Sequence record: OQ067374.1
Direction: 5' to 3' (one strand)
Length of the DNA: 64,000 bases
From: Escherichia phage a20
Notes under the pieces: generated by a model
Seen by the model: only the letters and a program-made list of their open reading frames with translations
Database searches by the model: none
Told to the model about the DNA's origin: nothing
Shown here: positions 33,214-43,121 of the stretch, in pieces
Layout: every line of letters starts with the position of its first letter
How positions within the stretch are numbered: position 1 is the stretch's first letter
Translations under genes and position numbers: made by a program

Positions 33214-33375
33214 TCAGTGTTGATTGTAAACGGCTTTTTCTACGCTTTTAACGTAATCAATGTAGTCTTCCTGTTCGTACGAGTTTAAGGCTAAGAACGA
33301 GGCTAATAGTTCATTATAGACTAAAGCCTCACGCTCACGTTCGGCCTCTACTACGTTCTGAAGATTATGACTCAT
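33214..33375 (-). CDS. hypothetical small protein; start uncertain
   Basis: track ORF 33214..33429 overlaps the upstream gene; internal ATG 33375 reduces overlap. Confidence 0.35.
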   Translation of the reverse strand: MSHNLQNVVEAEREREALVYNELLASFLALNSYEQEDYIDYVKSVEKAVYNQH

Positions 33376-33751
33376 ATTGTTCCTTATAACTATCAATGTA
33401 ATCCTGTATGTCAAAGAATGACATTTCATATTCTAGGACATTAAGAGCCCGTTCTTCAGTATAGTCAGAACCAAAGACGATAGTGATTTCACCAGGCTTC
33501 ATATGATTGAAATCGACACTAAAAGGAATACGAGAACATACTTCGTCTGCCATATCTACGATAACACTACGACACACTTCTCGGTTAACCTGATAAAGCT
33601 CTGCAAGTTCTTCACATCGAATAACAAGTTCAGTGGCAGGATTTTCTTTGATTTTAGTAAGCATAGTCTTTACCCTTATGTTTTTGTTTACGTTTAGATT
33701 GAAGTTCTGATTTCTTTTTGTCCTTATGGACGGAAGCCTTATTGAAATCAT
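33365..33751 (-). CDS. hypothetical acidic protein (position of T4 arn)
   Basis: 128-aa ORF, ATG coupled to upstream stop; Arn identity is positional guess only. Confidence 0.45.
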   Translation of the reverse strand: MISIRLPSIRTKRNQNFNLNVNKNIRVKTMLTKIKENPATELVIRCEELAELYQVNREVCRSVIVDMADEVCSRIPFSVDFNHMKPGEITIVFGSDYTEERALNVLEYEMSFFDIQDYIDSYKEQYES

Positions 33752-33966
33752 GTTTTGCTACAAGATTGTTCATAATGCTTTATAACCTCGTTTAAACATT
33801 TACTAGTGAAAGAAAACTTTTTAGCCACAGAACATTCGATAATGTGCTCTTTCAAATCTTTAGAGTCAGTATAACCCATCTCAGTAATAAAGTGGCGAAT
33901 TAAAGCTTTATTCTTATCATTAACAGAATTAAAATAATCTGCTTTAGAATCAATTATTCTCATCAT
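33748..33966 (-). CDS. hypothetical protein (arn.x)
   Basis: 72-aa ORF. Confidence 0.5.
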   Translation of the reverse strand: MMRIIDSKADYFNSVNDKNKALIRHFITEMGYTDSKDLKEHIIECSVAKKFSFTSKCLNEVIKHYEQSCSKT

Positions 33967-34231
33967 CTAATTTCCTTAATTGATATTGCAACGAGCTAAT
34001 AATTTCTTCATTCATTTTAATATACATGTCGCGCAAGAAAGGTTTTAACCCATCACGAATAATTGCTAACGTATCACCTTTACATAAATTAACCAAATAA
34101 GGATGGTCTAAAGCATCCCAACCAGGCTGATTAGCATACATACCATAATTTTCTTCCATCATAGCATTCAGGCGTTTGATATGATTAATGTGGGCTTCAA
34201 TAGCATCAATCTGGAGTTGTTTAAGATTCAT
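33950..34231 (-). CDS. hypothetical protein (arn.x)
   Basis: 93-aa ORF. Confidence 0.5.
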   Translation of the reverse strand: MNLKQLQIDAIEAHINHIKRLNAMMEENYGMYANQPGWDALDHPYLVNLCKGDTLAIIRDGLKPFLRDMYIKMNEEIISSLQYQLRKLDDENN

Positions 34232-34692
34232 TAGTAAAGGTCCTCAGAGTAAAGTTCTTTTTCATTACCGCCACGTTCAATACGTACCTGTCCAGCATAC
34301 GTTGCAATAATCATTGCTTCTTCACGAGTCCAGTAATTAGAGTATTGATCAATAAAGCCTTGGTCGTCGCCACAAACTTGCTGCGAGACTAATTGAGGAC
34401 CAACTATATCAAGTACTTCAGCCATATCTTTAGAGTAATGACGAGCACCTGGAATAATAAGAGTTCGTCCATCTTTTAATTTAAAACGGTTGGCTGCACA
34501 GACAATTCGTCGTTGGTACTTTTGGTTTTCATCCCAATACAGAGTCTGCCAACATATTTCAGGAACTTCATCTAAAACATTTTGTTCTGTATATTCACCG
34601 CCGTAAGAAGCTAATTTAGCAGCCAGACTTTCCGGAGTCTCACGAGATAAAGCTTTATCTAACAGAGCTAAACGTTCTTTAAAAGTTTTCAT
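34231..34692 (-). CDS. hypothetical protein (arn.x)
   Basis: 153-aa ORF. Confidence 0.5.
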   Translation of the reverse strand: MKTFKERLALLDKALSRETPESLAAKLASYGGEYTEQNVLDEVPEICWQTLYWDENQKYQRRIVCAANRFKLKDGRTLIIPGARHYSKDMAEVLDIVGPQLVSQQVCGDDQGFIDQYSNYWTREEAMIIATYAGQVRIERGGNEKELYSEDLY

Positions 34693-35018
34693 TTAAACCA
34701 TCCTTTAATACGTTGCCAAATAGATTTTTGTGCTTGTTTATTTACACCAAACGAACGAATAACCGGTTGTGACTGCTGATATTCTTTATAATCTTCTTTA
34801 TAGATTTCGTAAGCTGCATCAACAAATGAACTGATCGCTGCCATGTAGTTTTTACGAAGGCCAAATGGCGCGTCATTATTTTCACGAATAACCGTATATT
34901 GGCCTGCTTTAATCTTTACAATTGTCCCTAAATAAGCCCCGTGGTACCAAATATCCCATCCTTCCTGAGTAGGTTCTGCACATTTACGAAGTTCGTTAAT
35001 AATATTCAGCTTATTCAT
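34689..35018 (-). CDS. hypothetical protein (arn.x)
   Basis: 109-aa ORF. Confidence 0.5.
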   Translation of the reverse strand: MNKLNIINELRKCAEPTQEGWDIWYHGAYLGTIVKIKAGQYTVIRENNDAPFGLRKNYMAAISSFVDAAYEIYKEDYKEYQQSQPVIRSFGVNKQAQKSIWQRIKGWFK

Positions 35019-35028
35019 TATGTATTCC

Positions 35029-35661
35029 TCACAGTACGTTAGTTACAAGGGTAATGATTTCTTTGGACACATTAGGGAAGTCAATGTAAGTATATTTACC
35101 ACCGATCTTAATCTTAACATCATTTTCAAGAGAAGTAAACAGCTTTGATTCAGTTTCTGACATGTTGTATGCAAAGATTCTAAGAGCGCCATCTCGACGA
35201 ATTTCGATCTGACGAATACCTAGAACTCGTTTTGCAAATCGAACTTCCAAGTTACTACGGTTTTCACCAATTTCTTTAACTTCAACTTTATCTTTAATAT
35301 TTTCAAAAACAAAGTTTGCTAGTTCATGCATTTCAGGAGTAACTCCACGTGCTTTTCTAGTGTTACGTTTCTGAAGAAGTTCTGGAGCATTTTCTTGGGC
35401 AAAGAGGTCTGCAGCTTTTTGGATAATATCCATTGCTTCGCCTGTTGCTATAAGTCCATCACCGGATTTTTCGACTAAACCTTTCTTAATCAATACACCA
35501 ATGTTAGAGTTAACAACCGATGCATTGTATTCCGCTTCTAGAGCTTCACGGACATTGGCAGCAGTGGTGAAGTTGTTCTTAATGATATAAACCATTATTG
35601 CAGCAGTTTTTTCATTCAGAGCGTTTTCAGAAGCTTTGATGATGTAAGTAACTTTAGACAT
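35029..35661 (-). CDS. motA: MotA middle-transcription activator
   Basis: 210 aa; matches T4 MotA. Confidence 0.88.
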   Translation of the reverse strand: MSKVTYIIKASENALNEKTAAIMVYIIKNNFTTAANVREALEAEYNASVVNSNIGVLIKKGLVEKSGDGLIATGEAMDIIQKAADLFAQENAPELLQKRNTRKARGVTPEMHELANFVFENIKDKVEVKEIGENRSNLEVRFAKRVLGIRQIEIRRDGALRIFAYNMSETESKLFTSLENDVKIKIGGKYTYIDFPNVSKEIITLVTNVL

Positions 35662-35695
35662 TTTATTTCTCCAATTTGGTTGTTTTGTTTTGATA

Positions 35696-35731
35696 GGTCT
35701 ATAATATCATGTTTGAAGCATATGTAAACTG
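35696..35731 (-). promoter_or_regulatory. early promoter for motA, PeSL-like
   Basis: GTTTAC ... GATATTATAGAC. Confidence 0.55.
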
Positions 35732-35756
35732 TTTTGTGAGAAAAAAATGCACAAAA

Positions 35757-35772
35757 GGGAGCCGAAGCTCCC
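35757..35772 (-). terminator. UUCG-tetraloop hairpin followed by U-rich tract downstream of gene 52
   Basis: gggagccgaagctccc then UUUUGUGCAUUUUUUU on minus RNA. Confidence 0.5.
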
Positions 35773-35848
35773 TAATCATGTTTGTCTAACCAATACAGCC
35801 AAATCACTAGTACAGCTATTGCACCGAGAAATCCTAAGGCTAGGGCAC

Positions 35849-37174
35849 TCAAAGTGCCTCCAAGTCTTTAGTGTACTCTGTCACAACATCAGTAGACTTC
35901 CAATACTCATTTTCTTCTTTCTTAGCTTTAGCTTCTTCTGCTAGTTTACGTGCTTCGTCGGAAGTGATATGGAAGATGTTAAGACCTACCAGTTTATCGA
36001 CATGTTCTTTATACATTTCGATTTGTGCTAGCTCTTCAGTCAAAGCTTTACGAGTCTTGTCCTGAATCACAATTTCACCACTGATAACTTTTTTGATGAA
36101 GTGTGCCTTAGCAAAAGCAAGTTTAAATGCTTTTTCAGATTCAAGGATTTTGTTGTCAATACGTTTCTGAACGTAAGTCTTACGGACTTCAACAAAATCT
36201 TTGATTAAGTCCACTACGTTATCGTAGACAGCTAATTTACCCTTTTCATTAATCACTGTGATGTTTTGTGAACGACGTTCGATGAGACTAAAATCTTTCA
36301 TGATTTTTTCATGACGTAGCTCTTCATCATCAGGAAGCGAGTACTCTTTACGGAACTTCACCTTAAACCCAAAGCCGTGTTCACCACAATCATCTTCCCA
36401 AGAGATTAGACCTTTGTCTTCCAACGGGTCAAGAACCTTACTCACATACGTTTCACGGTCGAATTTATATGGGATTTCAGTTATCTGCATTTGAGTGCGA
36501 GATGTGAACTTATATGTTCCGTGAATCTCATAACGCCCATCAACTTCATGTACTTCGCCACGGAATTCCGGGAATTCAACTTTTGGCTTAGTGACATTTT
36601 TACCTTGAAGAGCTTGTAATACAGCCTTTTTTACCGATTTAAAACTATGAGGCAGAATATTTGTTGCGTAACCGGTTGCAATACCAGAAACACCATTCAA
36701 AAGAACTGTCGGAATAATAGGAAGATAGAATTTTGGTGGAATGTGTTCTTTATCTTCATGAGCTGGAGCATATTCAGTATCTTTATATACGTTATAGAAA
36801 TTTTTACTTACACGAGCAAAAATATAACGAGATGCTGCAGCTTTTTGGACTGTTCTAGAACCAAAGTTGCCCTGGCCATCTAACAGTGGATAGTTGTTGT
36901 TCCATGTGTTAGCCATTAATGCACCTGCATCTTGTGCAGAAGATTCACCGTGGTGATAACCTAAATCTGCAACACCGCCTGCAATTGACGCAAGTTTATG
37001 AAATTTTTCTTTATTACCACGAGCCAAATCTAATGCACGATGAACCACAAAACGTTGAACCGGTTTAAATCCATCAATCATGTTTGGGATTGCACGGTTT
37101 TCAACGGTGTACATCGCATATGCTAAGGCTTCGTTATCAATAATACTTTTTAGATTACGAGAATTCAATTGCAT
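35849..37174 (-). CDS. 52: DNA topoisomerase II medium subunit gp52
   Basis: 441 aa; GyrA-like N-terminal domain matching T4 gp52. Confidence 0.92.
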   Translation of the reverse strand: MQLNSRNLKSIIDNEALAYAMYTVENRAIPNMIDGFKPVQRFVVHRALDLARGNKEKFHKLASIAGGVADLGYHHGESSAQDAGALMANTWNNNYPLLDGQGNFGSRTVQKAAASRYIFARVSKNFYNVYKDTEYAPAHEDKEHIPPKFYLPIIPTVLLNGVSGIATGYATNILPHSFKSVKKAVLQALQGKNVTKPKVEFPEFRGEVHEVDGRYEIHGTYKFTSRTQMQITEIPYKFDRETYVSKVLDPLEDKGLISWEDDCGEHGFGFKVKFRKEYSLPDDEELRHEKIMKDFSLIERRSQNITVINEKGKLAVYDNVVDLIKDFVEVRKTYVQKRIDNKILESEKAFKLAFAKAHFIKKVISGEIVIQDKTRKALTEELAQIEMYKEHVDKLVGLNIFHITSDEARKLAEEAKAKKEENEYWKSTDVVTEYTKDLEAL

Positions 37175-37178
37175 ATTT

Positions 37179-37319
37179 TCACCATATTAATGAACGAATA
37201 ATCATTATAACATCTGAAATGAAAAGCACTACTTGGATTAGTCCAAACATCACACCATAGTACAGAACCGTAAGCAACAACAAGAGCCCGAAGGCTCCTG
37301 CTAAGATTTTCTTAATCAT
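37179..37319 (-). CDS. small hydrophobic protein, 46 aa, missed by ORF track
   Basis: ATG ORF MIKKILAGAFGLLLLLTVLYYGV...; T4 has small genes ac/stp here. Confidence 0.35.
   Translation of the reverse strand: MIKKILAGAFGLLLLLTVLYYGVMFGLIQVVLFISDVIMIIRSLIW
37204..37230 (-). promoter_or_regulatory. putative middle promoter for gene 52
   Basis: minus strand TGCTTTTCA-N12-TATAAT. Confidence 0.4.
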
Positions 37320-37465
37320 TACTCGCCTTTTAATACGTTAAGAAGCGCTAAGACCGCTAAGGTACCTTGTGATACGGCCTGTTGAAATACTGTTGTTTCG
37401 CCTGTAACTAAAGTGCTAACGAATAAAAACGACCAACACAGCAATGCAATAATCCATGCTACCAT
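37319..37465 (-). CDS. small hydrophobic protein, 48 aa, missed by ORF track (Ac-like by position)
   Basis: ATG ORF MVAWIIALLCWSFLFVSTLVTGE...; stop overlaps next start. Confidence 0.35.
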   Translation of the reverse strand: MVAWIIALLCWSFLFVSTLVTGETTVFQQAVSQGTLAVLALLNVLKGE

Positions 37466-37517
37466 TTTAATTACCTCAAAAATAAATTAAAGGCCTATTA
37501 AGCTAGGCCTATATAAA

Positions 37518-37964
37518 TTAGTAACTCTGCAGAATGAATTTGAAATTATCTGCCAGAAGACGGTTCATTTCAGTGAGTGTTTGATATTCTGATGTATGGT
37601 TGCGAGTGAATGCCAGAGCCAATTGTCCTTTACCGTAACCAGTGGTCAGTGGTTTCATGTTCTTAGCTGCAACAAAGATTACATCATATTCAATATTGTT
37701 AGTGCCCATAGTACGGGCTAGTTGCGAACGGCCTTGACGAATGTGAGAAAGAATTGCATCCAACCCTTGTTTAGAACGTTGACGTCCTACAAAGAATCGT
37801 GCTGCAACTTGACGCCAGTCAGATGAACCTTTAACAAAGAAGTAAAAACCTTCACGAGAACGAAACTCTTTAGAAACTTCAGAACCGTATTCGCCATTAC
37901 GAACTACTGCAACAACTTCACCGCCAACTGCCAGAAGGTCTTTACGAGTTAAATATTTGGACAT
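37518..37964 (-). CDS. ndd: Ndd nucleoid-disruption protein
   Basis: 148 aa; RQRSKQG...SHIRQ...SQLART...KPLTTG...[13 protein letters not shown] motifs match T4 Ndd. Confidence 0.88.
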   Translation of the reverse strand: MSKYLTRKDLLAVGGEVVAVVRNGEYGSEVSKEFRSREGFYFFVKGSSDWRQVAARFFVGRQRSKQGLDAILSHIRQGRSQLARTMGTNNIEYDVIFVAAKNMKPLTTGYGKGQLALAFTRNHTSEYQTLTEMNRLLADNFKFILQSY

Positions 37965-38005
37965 GCTAATTTCCTCAATTGATTAATGTTTTTGTAATCC
38001 ATGAG

Positions 38006-38039
38006 AGCATTATACTCTGCTCTCAAGAGTTTGTACAAT
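38006..38039 (-). promoter_or_regulatory. early promoter, PeSL-like
   Basis: TTGTAC ... AGTATAATG; near-copy of promoter at 7362..7395. Confidence 0.55.
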
Positions 38040-38040
38040 T

Positions 38041-38241
38041 TTATTCGGTTATATCAGAACGTTCAAAAAGCTCTTCAACAGTTAAACATTCGGTGTCATC
38101 CTCAATAAAGAATCGGGTCCAATACGTTGGGGCGATGCAGTTATGAGTTTGTCCGGCTATAGAAGCTACACGAATAAGCTGCTGACCATTATTCAGGACA
38201 AATTTTTCACCAATTTCAACATCTTTAAAAAGCTTAGCCAT
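38041..38241 (-). CDS. hypothetical protein (ndd.x)
   Basis: 66-aa ORF. Confidence 0.5.
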   Translation of the reverse strand: MAKLFKDVEIGEKFVLNNGQQLIRVASIAGQTHNCIAPTYWTRFFIEDDTECLTVEELFERSDITE

Positions 38242-38265
38242 TTTGTGTTCCTCATATTTTGATAG

Positions 38266-38300
38266 GACTACTATACCATAATCCTACCTTGTTGTAAACA
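38266..38300 (-). promoter_or_regulatory. early promoter, PeSL-like
   Basis: GTTTAC ... TATAGTAG with inverted repeat. Confidence 0.5.
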
Positions 38301-38491
38301 ATTAAATTACATTAAAATATGTTAAAGCCAACCATGTTCCAGTGAACGAACATGCGATGTAAAAACCCGTATCACAAATTGTTCTTAGTACAATAAGAAG
38401 TGCATTTTTCATAAGTACCTCAATGCAATTGAAAATATTATACAAATCATAGGGATACTAAGCAACCATATTCCAATCCACATTTTAGAGC

Positions 38492-38755
38492 TCATATCTC
38501 AACTTCCGCGAGTTCCATATATCCTTTGTTGATAACCTCTTTAAGGTCTTTAGAAAGAATAACACCAAAATGGTCGTTCATATGTCCGTTAACTAAACGA
38601 GTTATTTCGGCTTCAGATGACATATAAGGCACGTCCGAGTCCCAGTGAGATAGGCCTAAATGGGTATAAATCATCCCTTCGTCATCTGCAGTGTTGTACA
38701 TTGAAACAAATTCGCCTGTTACTTTATGTTTTGCGTAGAAAAATTTAAATTTCAT
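38492..38755 (-). CDS. hypothetical protein (ndd.x)
   Basis: 87-aa ORF. Confidence 0.5.
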   Translation of the reverse strand: MKFKFFYAKHKVTGEFVSMYNTADDEGMIYTHLGLSHWDSDVPYMSSEAEITRLVNGHMNDHFGVILSKDLKEVINKGYMELAEVEI

Positions 38756-38777
38756 GATGTTATCCTCTTTTAGATAG

Positions 38778-38812
38778 GACTACTATATCATAGTCCTACT
38801 TAGTTGTAAACA
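38778..38812 (-). promoter_or_regulatory. early promoter, PeSL-like
   Basis: GTTTAC-N17-ATATAG with inverted repeat TAGGACTA/TAGTCCTA flanking the -10. Confidence 0.55.
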
Positions 38813-38823
38813 CTTTTATGAAA

Positions 38824-39381
38824 TTAAAGATGAAGATACCACCCGTTGTAGTTGCTCTTGCGGACGATTTTCTTTAGGTCTTCATGGTCTCCCACGAACT
38901 TTATAGAATAAGAGAAGACGTCAGGTGAGGTTTCTTTGACATCTAATATAATAATGCAATCTGCGACTCGATGGTTCAAGAAGGGCCCTATATTGATTCC
39001 ATTACCACCCGGATAATCACCACTGTATCCTGTGGTAACCGAAATCCATTTCGAATCCATCTGATGGGTCTTTACTTCTACGCGTAGACCACAGTACTTA
39101 GGATGAGCTAAAACGTCCCATGCATACGTGTAAGGGTCTTCTACGTCTTCATTACCTTTATTAACATATCCGTCTAGCCAATTTGCTACTACATACTCTG
39201 CAAAGACTGCAACCTTACAACGTCGAACAACGTCTTCTTTTATTTGACCTGGATCTTGTTTCAACGAGTACCGAGCAGTATCAGCGATCTTAACCTTCAT
39301 TTCGCTAGTCAAAAACTCATTCGACAGGATAAATGTCGGAAGACTCTTCAGCCTCAACAGCCCCAAGTTCGTCTTTACCAT
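38824..39381 (-). CDS. denB: endonuclease IV (DenB)-like; start chosen at ATG 39381
   Basis: 185 aa from this ATG equals T4 DenB length; position between ndd and rIIB; alternative starts at 39444 and 39300. Confidence 0.55.
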   Translation of the reverse strand: MVKTNLGLLRLKSLPTFILSNEFLTSEMKVKIADTARYSLKQDPGQIKEDVVRRCKVAVFAEYVVANWLDGYVNKGNEDVEDPYTYAWDVLAHPKYCGLRVEVKTHQMDSKWISVTTGYSGDYPGGNGINIGPFLNHRVADCIIILDVKETSPDVFSYSIKFVGDHEDLKKIVRKSNYNGWYLHL

Positions 39382-39604
39382 AGATACCTCTGATGTGTAG
39401 TTCGCCAAAATAAATGCGGTCACCTTCTTCAAGATATTCTGCATCTACAGGCGGAATTTCAATAACAACTTCGTCGCATTCTAACCAGCCGTAGTGTGCA
39501 TCGCCAGGATGTTTTACCAATTTAGCGCAATACACTGATTTACATTTATGATGGCCACGAAGATTAGCGATTTTGGATTCTGATACGTCAAATGGATGAA
39601 TCAT
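39317..39604 (-). CDS. hypothetical protein (denB.1 position)
   Basis: 95-aa ORF. Confidence 0.5.
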   Translation of the reverse strand: MIHPFDVSESKIANLRGHHKCKSVYCAKLVKHPGDAHYGWLECDEVVIEIPPVDAEYLEEGDRIYFGELHIRGIYGKDELGAVEAEESSDIYPVE

Positions 39605-39624
39605 AATTACCCCTAAAGAAAAAA

Positions 39625-39640
39625 GGGGACCGAAGTCCCC
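39625..39640 (-). terminator. intrinsic terminator after rIIB
   Basis: GGGGAC-UUCG-GUCCCC followed by UUUUUUCUUU on minus RNA. Confidence 0.6.
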
Positions 39641-39645
39641 AATTA

Positions 39646-40593
39646 TTATTCTGCAAATAATTCAGTAACGTCTGAAATTACTTCATAACGACATGTACGC
39701 ATCTTAGCATCACCATAGTCAACCGGGATGGATACAACATCACGTGGATGAACTTTAACTTTCACAACTTTATCTGAGCTTGAACCAAAGTGGCGAATAT
39801 AAGATTTAGCACAAACGTGGAGACCGCGAGAACAGGTTTGAGTATCATCGTCGTTAACTCGAGTACGAGGCATTGAAACAACTTTACCAGGCGAGTTATC
39901 AAATGTACCACTATAACAGTCTAAATAGTCCTTACGAACTACTTTCCATGCATAGAAATGTCCGTCTTCAGTGATTTCAATATCATTTGCAACCAAGAAG
40001 TCGAATAAACGTTGTACAGCTTTTTCGCTCGGGTTTTCTAACAGGTTTTCAAGGAACGGCAGATAGAATTTAAAGTCTTCACCTTTTTCCATTGAATCAA
40101 TAATACGGTTAACCAGCCCTGAACGAATCTCTATACCTTGATAAAATAAACTACCACCTTCAATAGTAACATTACCATCAACAAACTTAGTAATAGCTTT
40201 CTTGATGTTAATAAGTTCGACAGCTTTACTAAGGTTTCCTGCGACCAGATTAGCTTTAATTTCTTCAAAATTTGCATGACTTGATGGAGTCGCATTGTAT
40301 GCTACGCGTCCTTCAATAATTGAAATAAATTTAGATGACGCGTTCCATACGATTTCAGGACGATGTCCGCCGATAATAGGTTCATCATTTTCTGGAACTT
40401 CTTCGATTACATAAGAGGCATCGTTTGCTTCAGGGACAACGCCTTCCGCTTTAAAATTCTTAACAATCTTACGAAGAGTATCTGTTGAAATGTCGAAGTA
40501 ATCGGCAATTTCTTTACGGGTCCATTTGCCTGATTCAACCAGGCCGTAAGCTTCTAACTGTTCTTCTTGGGACAAGCATTTGATATTATACAT
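39646..40593 (-). CDS. rIIB: rIIB rapid-lysis protein
   Basis: 315 aa; position and size as T4 rIIB. Confidence 0.88.
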   Translation of the reverse strand: MYNIKCLSQEEQLEAYGLVESGKWTRKEIADYFDISTDTLRKIVKNFKAEGVVPEANDASYVIEEVPENDEPIIGGHRPEIVWNASSKFISIIEGRVAYNATPSSHANFEEIKANLVAGNLSKAVELINIKKAITKFVDGNVTIEGGSLFYQGIEIRSGLVNRIIDSMEKGEDFKFYLPFLENLLENPSEKAVQRLFDFLVANDIEITEDGHFYAWKVVRKDYLDCYSGTFDNSPGKVVSMPRTRVNDDDTQTCSRGLHVCAKSYIRHFGSSSDKVVKVKVHPRDVVSIPVDYGDAKMRTCRYEVISDVTELFAE

Positions 40594-40602
40594 AATGTTT
40601 CC

Positions 40603-42816
40603 TTATTTGGCCGCTTCCACGGCCTTCATGAATTTAACGATTTGAGCGACCTGTTCTTTTGAAAGAGTACCACGTCGTCCCATGTATTCTGACACAATAT
40701 GATAATTGGTTTCGAATTCAATAACCATTTTATCATCATTATCGTAAGCATTATCTTTAAGCTTATCGAAAATTTTAGCACACAATTCTAACTTCTTATT
40801 CAGTTCTCTGTTAGTAGCACCTGAGAATCGATTCCATCCCCAACGATTATTTACTGTTGAAAGTTTTGCAAAATCTTTACTGATTTCTTTGTTCTTAGAG
40901 CTAAAATACTTACTAAGGAAGTTAAGCTCTTCATTACGAGTAATATGATTCAAATAAGGCTGTGCTCTACGACTTGGTGATACATACTCATCATAATCCA
41001 CTTTATCAATTAGCGTAATATAGTCATTAATTGATTTTTCGAACAAGCATTCTACTTCACCAAGTTTACGAACTTTCTTAGCAATCTGTGGACGGACTAC
41101 AGTGAACTCTTTAATACCTGACAAATCAGCAATACGAGTCAAGAAATTAGAATCATAGTTCAACCAACCTTTATCTGCGTCAAGACATTCAGCGTTAGAA
41201 CGATTACGAATTACAACATAACCTTGAATCTCATCAGCTTTACCGGCCGGAATAAAGAGATCTTCTGATACCCAAACATCGTTTTCATTCTTAAAGAACC
41301 GATGAGCACTTGGGGATTTAGGACGAGGCTGCGATGAACGTTCTTTAACTTCAATCCATGGTTTAACTAATGCAAGAATTTCAGAGGTCTTATAAAATTT
41401 AAGGCTATCACCAGCGAAAATAACCTTTAATCGTTCCAGAAGTTTCATTGCAACTTCATCTTCCGGGTTAATGAATAATACGCTACTACCCCGTCCGGAA
41501 GGAACCTTATCAACGAGTGTTGATGCATCGGTGGAAGTCAAAGCATCGTTCAGAGCACGCATCATTGGTACGCGGCCTTTCACATCGTCAATAACAATAT
41601 CAATATGCTTACGACTAATACCTAGCAGGCTATTAATTGAAATAGTTGCAGACGAGCTTCCGCTTTCACGAATACGACGAAGTCGTGGATCTGAAACGAT
41701 ATCATATACAACGCCAAGGTTGCACCATTCAGGTCCCATTTTAAAACGTTTGTACAACTCAGAATAAGTTAGTTGTTCTTTAGAATATTTCAGTGATTCA
41801 ATATTAGAACCGGCTTTTTCCATGTATTTACGAGCAGAGTAACCAAGAGAATCGATTTCACGGAATACATGACGTGGATATTCACAATCAATCCATTTCT
41901 TAGAATCTTCAGCAAATAATTTTGCATCAATTTCTGCAACACGTTTATGAATATTTGCTACTGTACGTTTATCAAATGACAATGCTTCACGAGACGGGGC
42001 TACATCTAGTTCACCCATAGGGAATTTGATATAAGCTGTAGTGCATCGCGTCATCATCCATGTTTGTTCTTTAATAACACTTCCGATTGGATATACAATA
42101 CCACCATAAACAGCCATGATATTACCACGTTCACCCCATGGAGCTTCCTTGGCCAAATATACATCGTCAAATTCAGGAAAGTATTTAATATCTTTAACAC
42201 CACGAACTTCTGCAATATCGCCGAGAGGACGCATAACATAAGCAATTTCGGATGCGAACTTTTCAAAATCTTCTGGGTTAACCGGTACAACTACTTCTAC
42301 ACCCGTACGGTCATCGGGGCCCATCTTATCTACAAAGGTTGGCTTAATTTGTGGACCTGTGTCATCTTGGTAGATTACGTAACCACGAACTTCACCGTTG
42401 TGATAAGACGTAAGGTTAAACGTATCGGTATATGCTAGTGGAGCTTTAGAGCCGAGTCCGAATCCACCAATGAAATCGTTACTCGATGTTTTAGTTGAAG
42501 CAAAATACGAGTTATAGATTCCTGGCTCTTCGTCATTACCTCGAATGGTGAAATCACTCATACCAGGACCAAAGTCTCGAACTACAAAACGCGGGTCTAA
42601 ACGACCTGGAGCCTGAACAATAAACTTATCAGTGCAACCATTAAGAATTTGTCCATCGATACAGTTTGTGATTAATTCACGTACACAAGCCAATTCTTTG
42701 TTTGTATAAAGGTCATTAGACAAAATCTTATAAACTTTACTATTGCCTTGAATAGTGAATGCTGTGCTCTTACCGCCTGAACCAATAATCGTTTCTTTAG
42801 CCGTTTCAATAATCAT
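40603..42816 (-). CDS. rIIA: rIIA rapid-lysis protein
   Basis: 737 aa; position and size as T4 rIIA. Confidence 0.9.
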   Translation of the reverse strand: MIIETAKETIIGSGGKSTAFTIQGNSKVYKILSNDLYTNKELACVRELITNCIDGQILNGCTDKFIVQAPGRLDPRFVVRDFGPGMSDFTIRGNDEEPGIYNSYFASTKTSSNDFIGGFGLGSKAPLAYTDTFNLTSYHNGEVRGYVIYQDDTGPQIKPTFVDKMGPDDRTGVEVVVPVNPEDFEKFASEIAYVMRPLGDIAEVRGVKDIKYFPEFDDVYLAKEAPWGERGNIMAVYGGIVYPIGSVIKEQTWMMTRCTTAYIKFPMGELDVAPSREALSFDKRTVANIHKRVAEIDAKLFAEDSKKWIDCEYPRHVFREIDSLGYSARKYMEKAGSNIESLKYSKEQLTYSELYKRFKMGPEWCNLGVVYDIVSDPRLRRIRESGSSSATISINSLLGISRKHIDIVIDDVKGRVPMMRALNDALTSTDASTLVDKVPSGRGSSVLFINPEDEVAMKLLERLKVIFAGDSLKFYKTSEILALVKPWIEVKERSSQPRPKSPSAHRFFKNENDVWVSEDLFIPAGKADEIQGYVVIRNRSNAECLDADKGWLNYDSNFLTRIADLSGIKEFTVVRPQIAKKVRKLGEVECLFEKSINDYITLIDKVDYDEYVSPSRRAQPYLNHITRNEELNFLSKYFSSKNKEISKDFAKLSTVNNRWGWNRFSGATNRELNKKLELCAKIFDKLKDNAYDNDDKMVIEFETNYHIVSEYMGRRGTLSKEQVAQIVKFMKAVEAAK

Positions 42817-42828
42817 ATTTTTCTCTCA

Positions 42829-43029
42829 TCACAAGTTACGTTTAAAAATTTCTGCTACTTCAAGAAGTTCTTCTTTAGTAGCTGTATCGGTTTGTATTTT
42901 ATATCGAATTTCTTTAAAGCGTTCTTTAAAGGACTCTGCCGACTCGATATCAAAAAATCTTTGGATAAGCCGGAATTCCCGGAGCACTGCTTTATCAAAA
43001 AGTTCCAAGTCCACGTTATATGTTCTCAT
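42829..43029 (-). CDS. hypothetical protein (rIIA.1)
   Basis: 66-aa ORF. Confidence 0.55.
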   Translation of the reverse strand: MRTYNVDLELFDKAVLREFRLIQRFFDIESAESFKERFKEIRYKIQTDTATKEELLEVAEIFKRNL

Positions 43030-43054
43030 AATATTCTCTTCAGTAGATTCCTAG

Positions 43055-43105
43055 GGCACTATTACTAAAGACCATATAATCTATCATCTTATGTGTAATA
43101 GTGCC
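43055..43105 (-). promoter_or_regulatory. 11-bp perfect inverted repeat enclosing a promoter-like core
   Basis: GGCACTATTAC ... 29 nt ... GTAATAGTGCC. Confidence 0.4.
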
Positions 43106-43121
43106 TCAGGCTATTCAGGAT

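Noticed and set aside
33365-33751. Calling this ORF Arn (anti-restriction nuclease)
   Set aside because: Only position and acidic character support it, and the length (128 aa) differs from T4 Arn (92 aa); left as hypothetical.
37284-37297. GAGCCCGAAGGCTC hairpin resembling the UUCG stem-loops
   Set aside because: Lies inside the coding sequence of the 46-aa ORF (encodes AGAFGL); probably coincidental.
38409-38483. 24-aa hydrophobic ORF in the gap between ndd.x genes
   Set aside because: Too short and no SD; not called.
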